Positions 12,541-24,808 of a DNA stretch of 64,000 bases are shown one piece after another. Position 1 is the stretch's first letter. Each line of letters begins with the position of its first letter. Made by a program: the position numbers and the translations under genes. This stretch comes from Octopus sinensis (taxonomy: Eukaryota): positions 17,608,001 through 17,672,000 of the forward strand of contig NC_043006.1 of the NCBI RefSeq assembly GCF_006345805.1. Direction: 5' to 3'. Below the pieces are notes generated by a model. That model was not told where the DNA came from. It made no database searches and was given only the letters and a program-made list of their open reading frames with translations.

Positions 12541-14562
12541 AATAATAATAATGGCATTATAATAATAATGATAATTGATAATAAACGAAAAATTCTGTCT
12601 ATTTAAGTCCAAAACAATCTTTTTTTCACATATTATCAAAAGGACATTTTCTAAAAAAAATAATATTCCTTACAAATCCAAGATACATAACTGAAACACA
12701 AATCTCTTTCACCAAACTATATTCTTCCCCCAAAACACAGCAGTTGTCAACCATCCTAGTCATAATGTCCACTTGGACTTATAACACTGTCTCTTGAGGT
12801 CTTGGGGTAAGAGTTGTATTCAACTCATACAAACATGATAATAATAATAACAGCAACAAGAAATTTACTGTGCACTGAAAACTTGCAAGTAGAGAAAAAT
12901 ATTTTTAATGTATAGTTTAAAATTACCAAAGTGTAAAGAGGGAACTAAATGTCTTAGTTCTTAATAATGTTATTAGTGTCACTAAGTGTGTGAAATATAA
13001 ATTATGGCTTTGAAAATGAAAACTACAGTTAAACTTGAAAGTTAATGAATTTAGAATACGGTAATATCTCAAACATTAATTATTTTTCCACAAATATATT
13101 TTATTACAGGTAATTTAAACTGGTGACAAAAGATAAAATCGTTAAGCATGTGGGGGATTAACCAATTCATAAAAGACTAGTGGCTAAACTGTTAAGGAGA
13201 TATATATATGTAATGTGAACAGATGATAATATATATTGGATGAAAAAGTACCTTAGCCATTTTAACTCTCTTGTTATCATATGTATGTTAAAATACACTG
13301 TCTTTGCTTTAATTAATTTTTTAAATAATTATGTGAAATAACTGTGATTAAGCTGGTGTTTGGAACATAAATTAAGGAATTTTGTGGGACACAAAGTTGC
13401 ACACAGATATATATGATGGGCTTCTTTCATTTTCTGTCTACCAAATCGACTCACAAGGCTGTGGTCGACGCAGGGCTATAATAGAAAACACTTGCCCAAG
13501 GTGCCATGCAGTGGGACTGAACCTGGAACCATGTGGTTGGGAAGGAAGTGTCTTACTACACAGCCATGCCTATGCCTATATAAGATTTTTGAAACATTGG
13601 ATGGTTGGGCAGGGGAGGGGTTCATCTGTATAGAAGAGGAATGAAAGAGGCTCATAGGGAAAAAAGTGTTGAGCACCACTGCTCTATATGATGTAGAATG
13701 TGACTTGAGAAATCAACCACCCAACCAACCAACCAACATTTATTTCAGATATTATTATGTAGAGATGCAATTTTATTTTAAATTTTAAGTACTTAGAGAG
13801 AGATTAAATATACATGCAAAATGTAACGGTAGTTTTATGTCAGCCATGTGTGTTGTTAAGAAATTAAAAATAAATTAAACTGCTGTCGGAATAAATTAGC
13901 AAACTCTTTGCATAATTTCTTTAGAAGTTAAATGGTAATTTTTGTTTTCAGCTGTTTATTTATTTATTTGAATTCTATTTCTAACAAATGATGCTAATGA
14001 TTTTGCTTCGTGTATTTTCATTATTGAGTATATCCATATAATTTTCATCTGATGATATTCAACTAAATATTGCCAATATTAACCTTACTTCCTACTTACG
14101 CTGATATAACATGGCTATTTATAGTATATTCTTACAATGTTGAATGTCTACTATAATTGATTTGTAGCAGTAGAATTAGCTTCGGTGAATATTCCGTTGA
14201 TTTTAATACCAAAATAGTTGTAGTCAAATAATATTTCATAACATCTAGATGATTGCAGTAAAGTGACTTCTGATTAAACTTGAGAATCTTTAGTTCAGTA
14301 CAATCAATTAAAGTAAATTATGTTGTGAAGTATAAGGGTGAATTCACTCATGCACTGAATGAAGGAGGGAGGAAGGAGAAGTTTTGTAGATGTTTCTGTA
14401 TATAATTTAAATGTATTAAATATATTTGTTATCATTTTTAATTTACATTTTTTTTTTGAAATTGTTGATTGTGGTTACTCATTGAAGGAACTAGTTTGAA
14501 GCTGTTAAAATAAGACCTGATAGCTCACTTGATTTTTTTTTTTATGCATTCATTTTTATTAA

Positions 14563-14782
14563 CCCTTTCGTTACTGTATTTATATTGAGATGTTCTGTGT
14601 TTCTTTCAATTACTTTAAATATAACAAAGAATTTAGTAAAATAACTTAGTTATCATTCAGCTAGTGTTAGGAACATGAATTGTGACTAAGGTTTGGTGGA
14701 AGATTTTAATGAAAACCTTATGGAAACAAGACATTTGTACTCAGAGCCAGAGCCGGTTTCAACCGGGTTGGTAATGAAAGGG
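14563..14782 (+). mobile_element. TTAA-flanked MITE family B, complete
   Basis: ttaa|ccctttcgttac...gtaatgaaaggg|ttaa; highly similar to 21356-21575, 32992-33211 and 39091-39296. Confidence 0.88.
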
Positions 14783-14884
14783 TTAATGTGGATATTTGTT
14801 TTGGTTCTGTTAGTCTAGATATAAACATGAACTGTTAAAAAATATCTCCTTATAATCAGTGCTTAAGTTGAGTTTTTTTTGGTA

Positions 14885-15107
14885 CTAACCATTTTACTAT
14901 CATATTTCTATTGAAAATATACTGCTTTTGTTTCACTTAATTTTGAAATAATGAAGAATTTAGTAAAATAATTTTACTATTAAACTGGTGCTTGAAACAT
15001 AAATTGATATAGAATTTTGATGGAGGAATTTAATTCAGATCACTTTAAATCAGGAAGTTTGTATCATGGAACCAGGAATGGCCTTGGATGGATTGATATT
15101 AAATGAG
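14885..15107 (+). mobile_element. TTAA MITE family C
   Basis: Body matches 11037-11236 and 38780-39005; ends gatattaaatgag|ttaa. Confidence 0.7.
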
Positions 15108-15539
15108 TTAAATAGGCATGGGTTTCCTCTCACTGGATATGGCAGCTGTTAAATTCAATAGTATGTCTCTCTGCTATCTCAAGGAACCATAGGATTAAGT
15201 ACTCTGTCCAAATATAGAGGATGTGGCAAAAATACTCAGATTCACTACTCTGAAACAAATGTTAGAAAATTCGGTATTTCCCAGTCCAAACTATGATTGT
15301 AACCGAAAAACAAAAGGTAAAACACTAGTTACATGAAAACACTATTATCACCTGCCTAGATTCATTGCTACCACATCAATGGCCATACGAAATATGGGCT
15401 GTTTTTCTGCTGCATCTTGTATGAGTAAATGTATCCCATAAAATTGAACTCAAGACTTATGAGTTGGTAATTCAATACAATATCCATTTAGCAATTTCGT
15501 TTGAGATGTATGAATTTTTAGATCTGCAGTTAGCACACA

Positions 15540-15800
15540 TCACTGTTTTGTTTTGCAATCATCATCTATTCACATCACATGTCCATACCAATGCAACGTT
15601 AGATCTCCTCCATAAATCAGACACGGCTTTTAATGCTGAACCGAGAGAATGCTCTCGGCTCACCTGTGAACTTGTCTTTGATGCATGTTAATGTTACATG
15701 TCCAACACATCATATCTGACTTGGTTTTTTTTTCCAGCCTTTACTTGATATTCTGTATTCAATCCACATGTCTCAATTGCTACCATGGTGCATCATTCTA
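15540..15800 (-). pseudogene. Old RTE RT relic
   Basis: Degenerate translation includes MHHGS and LHWYGHVM (compare MLHGSETW and LRWYGHV), with stops and frameshifts. Confidence 0.55.
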
Positions 15801-15994
15801 CATGCTACTCACAGTTTGATTTTTACATGAAATTTTAGCGAGAGAGAGAAAGCGGAAGGTAGAGAAAGAATTTATTGTCAACAGAATTAGCAACTTCTGC
15901 TCTATTCATATGCTTCTAGATGGCCACTTCACATGCTAGAAATAGCAGCTAAATGTCTCTTTCTCTTTCATATCCTATATTCTGATCAACCATG

Positions 15995-16029
<35 letters not shown>

Positions 16030-16462
16030 TTCTAATATAACGACAAGGCCTGAAATTTTGCAGGAGAGGCCCACCCAATTACAGCAACTCCAGTGCTCAA
16101 ATGGTTGTTCATTTACAATTATTAAATGATGTCATGACAAGAAGACACAAACGCACACACACACACGTTTCTTTCAGTTTCCATCTAGTGAGTCCACTCA
16201 CAAGGCTTTGGTCAGCCTGGTGTTTTAATATAAATCCCTTGCCCAAGATGCCATGCAGTGAAACTGAATGTGAAACCATGTGGCTGGGAAGAAAACTTCT
16301 TTACCACAAAGCCATGCCAATGCCTACAGCTACACCATTTGAAGAAGAAAACCTTTGAGTTATTAGTGAGCTGAAGCATGACTGATGACAAACTAATACA
16401 CAGAATTAGCTTCTGCTTGATTAAGATAATCTGTTTTGTTCTTGGTATTCTTTTATTTATTA

Positions 16463-16854
16463 CTATCAGTATCGCCCGGCGTTGCTCGGGTTTGTTTCGA
16501 CCTTTTAGAATTGGAATTTTTGAAAAGTAAATATTTTGCATTATGTAGCTTGTTATTCTCTTTAAGTGAACATTTTCCTGGTTGAAATACACTGGAAATT
16601 GGCAACACAGCAGTAAAAAAATTGTAAAAAAATAGGGATTTTCATAGAAAAAAAAACACCTTTTTGATGTAAATAATTTTTGGTGTTAACATGGTCCGAT
16701 TTGAATTTTATCTTCTATGGAATGAAGAGCAAGCCTTCTTCTATCATACTCTCAATTTTGGTCAACTTGCGCCGCAGGGTCTCGGAGGAGATAGTTTTAG
16801 TTGAAGGCTACCAAGCCTGCCATACACAGACAACTTCAGCTTTATATATATAGA
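16463..16854 (-). mobile_element. Complete non-autonomous Helitron-like element (392 bp)
   Basis: On the - strand: A|TCTATATATATAAAGC 5' end; subterminal hairpin CCCGAGCAACGCCGGG followed by CGATACTGATAG|T (CTAG variant); inserted between A and T with no TSD. Confidence 0.75.
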
Positions 16855-17671
16855 TTACTAGTGTTTTTTGTTGCACAAACATATGGAGAGACCTTTGTAA
16901 AATGCTTTTCAGTAAAAAGGAGCACTAAACCACAAAAGATTAAGGGTCACTGGTCTACATAATAGTTAGATCTTCTGATATAAGGCAGTCAATGGTCAAA
17001 TGTAATTATCGCTCCTTTGCATACCTTACTTGTTGATCATTTATTTTGGTGTAAATCTGCAAGTTTGTTTAAAGTGTAGCTTGTTGTATAAAACACATAA
17101 AGTATGTTGTATCAAAGTCATATAACAAACTGCTGCTTGGTTTTTGACTTTGTCATTTAATTGTTAGATCTGTCAATATCTAAATTTCATTGCTAAATCT
17201 TATTGAATTTTTAACATATCCTGTCACTATTCACCATAAATTTTGCATGGAAAAATACTGTTTTGGCATTGTTTTATTTGGATGCAAATATTCTCACAGT
17301 TTTAGTCACAACTGATACAACTCTTTCTTTTCATCTTTTTTTGAGCTGCTCATGACTACTTGACACCTAAAATGTGTTACATGATATCAAATCATACCTG
17401 ATTGCCAGTAACAGCTGTAGTTAGAATTGCAAAATCTATAAGGAAAGTTTTGTATTTCTTTGTATTGTGTCAACGAAACTGAAAATATACCTGAATTCTA
17501 TTAAGAAGTTATGAAGATTGTAGGTAGAGCCCTTCCTCTTGTTTAACCCTTTTGGTACCCAACCCATCTGAGACTACTTTGGTTCTATGATAGAAACTTA
17601 CTGCTTAAAGTGATCTAAACTAAAATCTTGTTCCAAACACAGCTTAAATAATAGTAAAGTTATTTGCCAGC

Positions 17672-17886
17672 CTCGTCTGGCACCTGTGCTGGTAGCATGT
17701 AAAAAGCACCCACTACACTCATGGAGTGGTTGGCGTTAGGAAGAGCATCAAGCTGTAGAAACACTGCCAGATCAGACTGGGCCTGGTGCAGCTTTCTGGC
17801 TTCCCAGACCCCGGTTGCACCGTCCAACCCATGCCAGCATGGAAAGCGGACGCTAAACAACGACGACGACGATGATGATGATGATT
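17672..17886 (+). mobile_element. RTE 3' end copy
   Basis: ggcacctgtgctggtagcatgtaaaaagcacc...gcatggaaagcggacgctaaac(gac)n(gat)n. Confidence 0.85.
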
Positions 17887-17954
17887 TCATTAAATTGTTC
17901 ATTGTTTAAAAAGATAAACGAAACAAAGGAAGTGTATTTCTACTAATGTTCCAG

Positions 17955-18240
17955 TTGGTTCAATCAACAGAACAGCCTGCTCATGAAATTAACACGCAAG
18001 TGGCTGAGCACTCCAAAGACATATGTACCTTTAATGTAGTTTATGAGGAGATTCAGTGTAACACAATGCTACAAGGCTGACCCATTGAAATACAGGTACA
18101 ACTCATTTTTGGCAGCTGTGTGGACTGGAACAACATGAAATAAAGTGCCTTGCTCAAGGACACAATGTGCTGCTGGAAATTGAACTCATGGCCTGACAAT
18201 TGCAAGTTGAATACTCTAACTACTAAGCCACAAGCCTTCA
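17955..18240 (-). mobile_element. tRNA-derived SINE family S4, degenerate
   Basis: Reverse-complement similarity to 63385-63710 along its length. Confidence 0.75.
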
Positions 18241-18619
18241 ACTGATATACATTAACAAAAAGACTAAACAAAAAATTCAGGACATGCTTTTGAACACTCA
18301 AACACTCAGCTATGAAATATTAAATGTGTCTTAAAAACAAATCCCTAAAATTCAAGACCCTGACTAATAAACTGTGATAATATGCCAAGTGTAAGTAGTA
18401 TACAATAATGTATCTAGAACCTATTATATTTTCTGAATAATGGTTTTGATTTATAATATCATGTAGTGTTTCTCGTTAATTACAACACACACAACTCTTG
18501 CCATACTTATTCCTACTGTCCCCCAGATATAGCTTCACAACTGTTCCAACTCCCTTGATCAGGGACGGCCTGGGGTTAAACAACAACAACCACCACCACC
18601 ACCACCAGATAGCAGGCTG

Positions 18620-19200
18620 GCTCCAAACAAATATGCTCTATGTACTTGCCTGCCACATCCATCATCTCTCTTCTCACCATCAACATCAAAGAACATCACA
18701 TACAATCAGCTGTCACTCTCAACAGCATAAACATACCACAAAGAAGACAAAAATATATTAGGAATTACCCACAAGCTACCTGCTTTCCTGACTTGATAAA
18801 ATTTATGACAGAGAAGATGTTCAAACAATGCAAAATGAAGCATGTGAAGATCAGTCACATGCAGTATATAACTCATATGCAAAAGTAGTTATGTTAGAAT
18901 TTGTCATGGATCATATCCGTATTCTCTGGGATCCCAACTTATTTACTTCAGAGAACACAAACTTGCACACTTTTTACATCATCCCAGACTCGTTTACAGA
19001 CCACCTGATCATGTGTGAAGGTCTGTTGCTGTAGAATGCTCAAACCTACTGCTCATTTGCCCCTCAACTCATTTATTATGTTTTATTGCTCTCAAATACT
19101 CATACACTTCTACATTATCAAAGAAGACTTTTATAATGCTACCATAACCCATTTGATAACAACCTGTTGACAGTTTTTTAACATGTGCAGTGGATAGGAA
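18620..19200 (+). pseudogene. Heavily decayed Penelope-like element (RT thumb, linker and GIY-YIG traces)
   Basis: Collinear fragments in shifting frames: YLPATS..HPSS..STSKNITYNQL (compare YLHYSSSHP..KNSIPYSQ), IRILWDP and PRLVYRPP (compare ILQSDP..PLVAYRRP), YC...FYIIKE (compare YC..C..YIGET). Judged by eye only. Confidence 0.4.
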
Positions 19201-19725
19201 GAGTCTATCAACCTTCTTCAAATAACAAATTAAACAACTGTAACATTATCAGTTTCTAAGCTATCTTAAAACTGTTTGCTATCAACCTGCCTGAGATTAG
19301 CCTTAGTTCTATGATGTCAGCTTCTCATTTTATACTAATCTGAATTAAAACTGTCCAAGATTTCATGTTAATTTATGTACCAAACTTCAGCATAATAATG
19401 TTCAAGTTATTTTATTTAATTCTTCATTATTTTTAAAATTAATTGATACAAATGTGGTCTATTTCAACAGAAATATGGTAAGAAAAGGGTTGTGAACACT
19501 ACGCTGTTTTCACATACACACACACACAGTCTTAAGGAATACAGAAAAGTGTGCACAACTAGCAGTAACATCAATAAGTTCCAAATTTTGTGTTAGGGTC
19601 CACGCCACCAGAGATAAGTGCAAAGGAGCACTAACTATAGGTTCCTAGTGAAGTCTACTTCATTTACGACCCACCTCTGTCATCACAAGAATCTACAGGA
19701 CCACTTGGCGCTCTATGCTGTAAAC

Positions 19726-20273
19726 CCGGGTGGGGGGGTCACCAAACTTTTTCTACAGCAGGCCAGATAACTGAGAGAATGGCAAGTGCAGGCTGCATAA
19801 CCATTTTGTTCAATACAATGCAGTGAATACACAAAAAATAAAGACAGCCAACATATTTATTTACCAATAAGTTATTAAAGAAGGTGACGTCAGCGATAAG
19901 ATGGTTATATCACACTCAGTGCACGCATACCTGAATCTCACAAACTAAGCTGCAAAAAAGATTAGTGAGGTTTGTGAAACTGGTGTTTAGCTTTTAAGAT
20001 ATCATCAATATTTGCTTTGGAATTGCTGCATTCAGCCAAGAGAACTGCTTTCAAATGTTCATCAGTCAACCTTGTTTGATATACTGACCTCACATACTTC
20101 ATTTTTGAAAATGTTTGCTCACAGACATAAGTTGTTCCAAACACTGATGCCATACCAGAGACAAATGAACTCTCATTGCAGGAACTTACACAAAAGATAC
20201 AATGTGGTGGTGGGCTGGATGAACTGACCTTGCAGGTTGGATCTGGCCCACGGCCATAGTTTGGTGACCCCTG
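19726..20273 (-). mobile_element. Internally deleted hAT transposon retaining the C-terminal dimerisation domain
   Basis: TIRs ggggtcaccaaact / agtttggtgacccctg; 8 bp TSD ctgtaaac / cagtaaac; peptide FGTTYVCEQTFSKMKYVRS..RLTDEHLKAVL (GTF2IRD2/Charlie-like hATC motif). Confidence 0.85.
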
Positions 20274-20401
20274 CAGTAAACCATTTAATGTTAGAGTACC
20301 CAGTGTATTTGTCATTTTGGTAGAGACATGGTGTATCTTCAGAGAAGTGAGTCAGTAGACCGCATTTAGTCATTTGACCTTCTGTTGGCCTGTTTGATTG
20401 A

Positions 20402-20840
20402 TCCTTTTGTTACCATATTTCTGTTGAAACACATTACTTGTTTCAATTAATTTTGACTAAAAGAAAAAAAAGAAAGGAAGAGTTTAGTCAAATAACGTTG
20501 TCATTATTAATTAGCTGTTTGAAACTTAACCCTCTAATATTTAAATCAGCCATATCTGACCCAAATATTCTTCTTGTTTTATGCTCAAACTGGCCATATT
20601 TGGACTCTCTTACAATATCATTTTAAAAAGAACAATCACATCGTTAAAATCTCAAAGCTTCAAGATGATGTATGATTACAATTTGAATAAATGGGCATTA
20701 CATTTGACAGAATAATCTGAATGCTAAAGTGTTAAATTAACGTGAAATTTTCATGGAAAGTTTTAATGCTGAAGGCTGTGGGAAGTGGTAAGTTAGTGTC
20801 ATGGAACCAGAGCTAGTTTCAGATGGGTTGGTATCAAGAG
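20402..20840 (+). mobile_element. MITE C with MITE A (20530-20731) nested at a TTAA site
   Basis: The C body resumes after ttaa|ccctctaatattt...gctaaagtg|ttaa. Confidence 0.75.
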
Positions 20841-21355
20841 TTAAGACTGACTGCAATGTTACACAACAAGAGTCTCAACTGAATAGAGAGAATATAATGT
20901 ATTATTGTCTGCCAATTTAATTTTAGATTCATCTTGTCATTGATACATAAACGTTAATTTATGAAATATTAATAGTCTAATTGAACTAGTCATGTGGTCT
21001 TGGGTTGATAAATGTAAAGATAAACAAATGGATGATTTTTACCAAGCTGCAAGTGCAAATTAATTCACATTCTTCAGTTAATTGAAGGAAGTTTCAGATT
21101 GCATTTCATCATCATATCACTTACTGTTAGTCTGTGCTGGGCATCAACACAACCAGAGATAAATGCAAATATTTAGTGACTCTTGCTCTGCAGCTGTGCT
21201 TCCTTGCCATCACCAAGACCTCCAAGAATACAGGATCAAAGATCTGACTGCTGCACTACACTTCATACAATATATTATCCTTTTAAAGGTGAAATATTTG
21301 AAAAACATATATTCTCATTAACTTGATGTATATGTATATAATTCATTAATATAAA

Positions 21356-21575
21356 CCCTTTCGTTACTGTATTTATTTTGAGATGCTCTGTGTTTCTTTC
21401 AATTACTTTGAATATAATAAAGAATTTAGTAAAATAACTTAGTTATCATTCAGCTAGTTTTAGGAACATAAATTGTGACTAAGGTTTGGTGGAAGATTTT
21501 AATTCAAAACTTATGAAAACAAGATATTTGTACTCAGAGCCAGAGCCGGTTTCAGCCAGTTTGTTAACAAAAGGG
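21356..21575 (+). mobile_element. TTAA MITE family B
   Basis: ccctttcgttactg...acaaaaggg|ttaa. Confidence 0.85.
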
Positions 21576-21675
21576 TTAAATTATGTTCATATTGAAAATA
21601 TCAAGTAAGAACTGGTATAGGTATTAGAGAGAGAACAGAGAAAGGAAGCCAGAAAATTTGTAAATAATAGATACT

Positions 21676-22352
21676 GGTATGGTTGGATGTTTAAGTTCAC
21701 TTCTCAGTCATATAGATTTGGGTTCAGTCCCACTGTGTGGCACATTAGGTCGCTATCTTTGTCCTCTCTTGTAGTCCTGGGTTAGTCAAAGCCTTGGGAG
21801 TGGATTTGGTTGATGGAAAGTGAAAGTTTGTGTGTCTTTGTAAAAGTATATATACATACAAGGTGTTCATAAATTATCTTTACAACTTCCACAATTTATT
21901 GTATCTATTAAAGTCAAGATCCATCAATCAACATCTTTGCAACCAATGGAGTGTATGTAGATGTGTTCTGATGTCTCTAATAAAACAATAAACTCTACTG
22001 AGTTTACCAATAAACTCTACTGAGTTATTCTTGTTTTTCATTTTTTTTGCTGAATTTTTCAACTTGTAAAGATAATTTATGAACACCCTGTATATATATG
22101 TGTGTGTGCCTGATAGTCCTTGTTTTGATCTCACATGACATTTGTAACCAACTATCACCAAGATACAAGCAGTGTCACTCATTTCCAATCTTCTGTCAAA
22201 ATATGTCTGGCCTTGGTAAAATATTAAATTAGTTGAGCATAGGTGAGGTTTAGCAAAAGGATGAGTGTCAGTGTCTGGCTATAGAAAATTGGTCTTGACA
22301 AATTCCATTTAAGTTCAGCAAATATGGAACAGTGGATATTAAAACAATAGTG
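21676..22352 (+). mobile_element. Old SINE S3 interrupted by a mariner MITE
   Basis: Head and CORE at 21676-21845; RTE-like tail at 22110-22352. Confidence 0.6.
21859..22090. mobile_element. Tc1/mariner MITE (232 bp)
   Basis: TA|caaggtgttcataaattatctttacaa ... ttgtaaagataatttatgaacaccctg|TA, about 27 bp TIR; internal 19 bp direct repeat caataaactctactgagtt. Confidence 0.88.
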
Positions 22353-23992
22353 ATGATACTGCTTACAGAATATGTAATTAACATACACCATATCAACTCT
22401 GTATGACATTGTACAACAAAAACAGTAAATATAATATTTGATGTGTAATTTTGATTAATATTTTAAGTATTATCAAGAATATAAGAGCTTTCCTGGACTC
22501 TTACGTTAACTACGTTTCATAAAATGAATTAAAGTTGTAAAAGAATATTTTGATAAAAATCTCTTTAATTTGATGTCTCAAACTGAAATCAGACAAAGTA
22601 ATTAAACTCTTTGCCAGTTTCCATTTGCTTATTGCCATTTTCTTTAAAAAAAAAAAAAATGGTAGACAACGGTTAATTTTGAAAATTAAGTAGCAAAACT
22701 GTCACTGAAGTTTGTATTAATGAAAGTTCAATCTTTGACACTATTTAACGATAAACTGAGCAGCCATCTGAAAGTTTGGTTTTAACTCAAAATTGTCTTT
22801 TTTTTTTCTTTTTCCTTCTACTTGTAATCTATGAAATATTGTTTACAGTCTAAGCAGAAAAGTAAATAGTCGCCTATACACACAAACACTTTTCTATATA
22901 ACATTATATATATATATATATATAAAATTTATTTTTATCATCCGTGTTCAGCATTTGATAACATATAGAAGTAGTATTGTCATAAGTTGTACATTTCAAA
23001 AATTGAATTAGAACTTATATTGTCAACAATTTAATACATCAATTTAACACAGAAAATGTCCTTTTAGCAAAGCCTGTAAAATTAAATGTTTTGTTTGTAC
23101 ATCAAATCTTGCTTTTAAGATTGTAATAGAAGTGTGTCATATTCATACTTGTCTCTAGAGTATTAACGATGTATATGAAAGAGTTGGTGTAATATGCTAT
23201 GAATTTGTTGATCATTGTTTATAAAACAATAATATTTTCAAAATCCCATTAATGCCATGATGTAAGCTTGTTGTCTGTTGAATAATACATGCATGTTGAG
23301 TGATACATTAAATATTGCATCATGTTTGATTCAGCAAATTTTTTTTGTTTTTTTTTCTAAAATGTTCATCTTTATTAAATATATATTGGAATATCATTAA
23401 AGAGAGAAACTGATTGAGGGAAACTGAGGGAAATGATTAAAAAGTAGTTCTAATGTTTGGAATGTGCTAGTTTAAAATAACTGGGAATTTAATAATACTT
23501 TATTGTATTAAGAACAACGAAATATCAACCACATCATCTAACTATTTCTATTTTTTTTTTCCTTGTTGAATATGCAAATAAAATTTGGTAGATCATTAAT
23601 TTAAATATAACTTTTCTCCCCCCCCCCCCCATTTTATATAACTTATTAGTGCAAGTTCTATGGCTGAATTCTCTTGATCTATATAACATGAGTTTCTCCA
23701 TCCATTATTCTGATTAAATTGTAGAAATGTATTCCTTTTTAGATGATTATTTTACTCACACAAGTTATACCATTCCATATTTCCATCAAACCTTTTAAAC
23801 ATAAATTGTGTCTCTATTTCTGGGTTTCACAAATGGAAAAAAAAAAGAATTGTCATGTAGATTATTGGTTGTTTTGTGTGGTTATTATTGTGAATGTCAG
23901 TATAACCTAGTTAGTTGGAGTATATGAGGTTTATAATTTAAGACAGATTGCTATTCAAGAACTTTGGAAAGAGATAGAAAGAGGCATCTATA

Positions 23993-24224
23993 TATTTCTT
24001 TACTACCCACAAGGGGCTAAACACAGAGGGGACAAACAAGGACAGACAAAGGGATTAAGTCGATTATATCGACCCCAATGCGCAACTGGTACTTAATTTA
24101 TCGACCCCGAGAGGATGAAAGGCTAAGTCGACCTCGGCGGAATTTGAACCCAGGACATAGCGGTAGACGAAATACGGCTACGCATTTCGCCCGGCGTGCT
24201 AACGATTCTACCAGCTCGCCGCCT
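23993..24224 (-). mobile_element. SINE S2 (long tail), young, with about 17 bp TSD
   Basis: CpG-rich; TSD tagaaagag(g)catctata at 23975-23992 and 24225-24241. Confidence 0.92.
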
Positions 24225-24261
24225 TAGAAAGAGCATCTATAATAACTACAGTGTTGTCATT

Positions 24262-24630
24262 TTATCATCATTGTTTTAAAGTTCACTTTTCCATCCTTGC
24301 ATGGTTTGGATGGTTTTTATTGAGGTAGATTTTCTTTATTCAGATCCCTTCCTTTTCACCAATCTTCACTTGTTTGCAAACAGAATAATATTTCCTTATG
24401 GCCAGACATGTTTCCACAAAATATTTTGGCAATGGAAGACACTGCTTGTATGACAGTAACAATTACAACTGTTACGTGGTGTTGAGACAAGGAAACAAAC
24501 AAACACACACACGCAATAGGCTTCTTTTAGTTTCCATCAACTAAATCTACTCATTGATCAGTTTGGGGCTATAGTAGAAGATACCTGCTTGAGATACTAC
24601 TCAACAGGACTGAACTCAAAACCATATACC
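24262..24630 (-). mobile_element. SINE S3, degenerate
   Basis: Similar to 10085-10522. Confidence 0.65.
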
Positions 24631-24725
24631 TATGCCTGTGATAAAACATGATGGAAAATTATTTGTTAAAAATACCATTTCTCAAATTAAAGAAATTGAC
24701 CATTAGAATTTAACTTCTCTTAAAG

Positions 24726-24808
24726 TGATAATTAAGCCAGAAGATGCTAAAGAATATTTTCAGACAAAGAAACCAAAAATAATCCTGAACATACCTGACT
24801 GTTACTGA
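24726..24808 (+). CDS. Candidate terminal coding exon (xIIKPEDAKEYFQTKKPKIILNIPDCY*)
   Basis: Acceptor taacttctcttaaag|, phase 1, open to TGA at 24806-24808, followed by repeat-poor AT-rich DNA. No homology recognised. Confidence 0.3.

Noticed and set aside
15638-15661. 24 bp near-palindrome gaaccgagagaatgctctcggctc
   Set aside because: It is too short for a miRNA precursor and lies inside an RTE relic.
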